Positions 63,221 through 64,000 of a stretch of 64,000 bases of DNA are shown here, in pieces. Each line of letters begins with the position of its first letter. The first letter of the stretch is position 1. The notes under the pieces are model-generated. The model had not been told where the DNA came from. It ran no database searches and saw only the letters and a program-made list of their open reading frames with translations. Source of the DNA: Terriglobales bacterium (GTDB lineage: Bacteria; Acidobacteriota; Terriglobia; Terriglobales; SCQP01); NCBI GenBank assembly GCA_035606395.1, contig DATNFK010000045.1, forward strand, positions 26,670-90,669, written 5' to 3'. A program made the translations under genes and the position numbers.

Positions 63221-64000
63221 TTATGCTGGCGCACCCAAACGCTTTTCGAACCAGTGATGCGCGTACGGTTCGGCGTTAAATGCCTCGACTTCGACATATC
63301 CGGAGCGTTTATAAAGATGGATCGCCTGATACAAGGCGCGGTTGGTCTCCAGACGAAGGAGCTTGATGCCCGCTTTGCGAGCGTGCCGTTCCAGCTCAAC
63401 TAGCAGCCGTCGGCCAACTCCAAGCCCACGCGCCGACTCGGCAACCCACATTCGCTTTAGCTCAGCCGGTTCCTTCTTGTGAAATTTCAGCGCCCCACAG
63501 GCAATGGGTCTGCCTTGTAGACGGCCCAGAATCAATAGCCCCCTGGGCAGCGTTAGCTCTTGCGGATCGGCGGAGATGCTGAGCCCCGGATCAAAGCCCC
63601 CATCGAACCGGCGGTTGAGTTCGGCAAAATATTGATCGAAGCACCACCGGGCATCTGGAGTGGTGGGGGGCTCGATGGCGAAAGTTACCATTGACGCCCG
63701 CAACAGTTGCTCAACCTGCCGCATCGCGGCGGTGAGCGCGCGGCGCTGCTGATCCGACAGTGATTCCAGAATATTTGTGGCCAGTTCATCGGAACGCTGT
63801 TCCAGCTCGGCGCGTTCCGCCAATCCGGCCCTGGTGAGAAAAATCCAGCGCAATCTCCGGTCTTCCGGAACCACGCGAGTCCGGACAAGCCTTTGCTTTT
63901 CCAGAGAGCGCAACACCCGACTGCAATAACCTGAATCAATTCCAAGGCGGCTTCGCAGCTCACGGACCGCGGCGCCCCGCGGTCCGATTTCCCAAAGCAA
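63221..64000 (-). CDS. MarR-type HTH + GNAT N-acetyltransferase fusion protein, 3' part (start beyond right edge)
   Basis: HTH region LRSLEKQRLV and GNAT acetyl-CoA site RGLGVGRRLLVELERHARKAGI. The ORF is open at the window edge. Confidence 0.8.
   Translation of the reverse strand: MLWEIGPRGAAVRELRSRLGIDSGYCSRVLRSLEKQRLVRTRVVPEDRRLRWIFLTRAGLAERAELEQRSDELATNILESLSDQQRRALTAAMRQVEQLLRASMVTFAIEPPTTPDARWCFDQYFAELNRRFDGGFDPGLSISADPQELTLPRGLLILGRLQGRPIACGALKFHKKEPAELKRMWVAESARGLGVGRRLLVELERHARKAGIKLLRLETNRALYQAIHLYKRSGYVEVEAFNAEPYAHHWFEKRLGAPA

Noticed and set aside
1-64000. Search by eye for CRISPR arrays, tRNA/rRNA genes, transposases, integrases or phage genes
   Set aside because: None was recognised. 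The only repeats found are the short elements listed as features. A computational scan (tRNAscan, Infernal, ISfinder, self dot-plot) would be needed to be certain.

Overview
High-GC bacterial chromosome segment. The gene content (PadR + duplicated MacB/FtsX-type ADOP permease, Ser/Thr kinase fused to a TolB-like propeller, ECF sigma + DUF3106, many secreted beta-propeller proteins) suggests Acidobacteriota; this is inference only. No rRNA, tRNA, CRISPR array, transposase or integrase was recognised. Positions 1..29033 are one co-directional minus-strand polysaccharide (EPS/O-antigen type, Wzx/Wzy-dependent) locus of about 27 genes. It encodes a UDP-HexNAc dehydrogenase/epimerase pair, an acyltransferase, a Wzy/O-antigen-ligase-like protein, Wzc, Wza and Wzx. 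It also has an amino-sugar tailoring block (DegT, NeuD-type acetyltransferase, FemAB-like GNAT, methyltransferases, a GH-fold propeller), several GT2/GT4 enzymes, an AsnB-type amidotransferase and a polyprenol-phosphate GT + GT-C module. The rest of the window holds two unknown envelope proteins with a LuxR regulator carrying a degenerate receiver, and a frameshifted acyltransferase. Next comes a tight operon of a Ser/Lys-less S41 homologue, an S55 (SpoIVB-like) protease and a propeller/Ig protein. Housekeeping genes follow (M48 protease, proline dehydrogenase, Nnr, TsaE), then ZIP-TPM-LemA, an ECF sigma module, PadR-ADOP, two MFS transporters, RidA and a MarR-GNAT fusion. The observations most worth a second look are: the S55/pseudo-S41 module; the unusual sugar-tailoring block; a diverged duplication of the epimerase 3' end flanking an acyltransferase cassette; an acyltransferase broken at two homopolymer runs; and a small hairpin repeat family with a compensatory stem change. 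Many long ORFs in the track are antisense or alternate-frame artefacts of high GC and were not called. Several starts were moved downstream of the track ORF start where the longer ORF overlaps a neighbouring gene.
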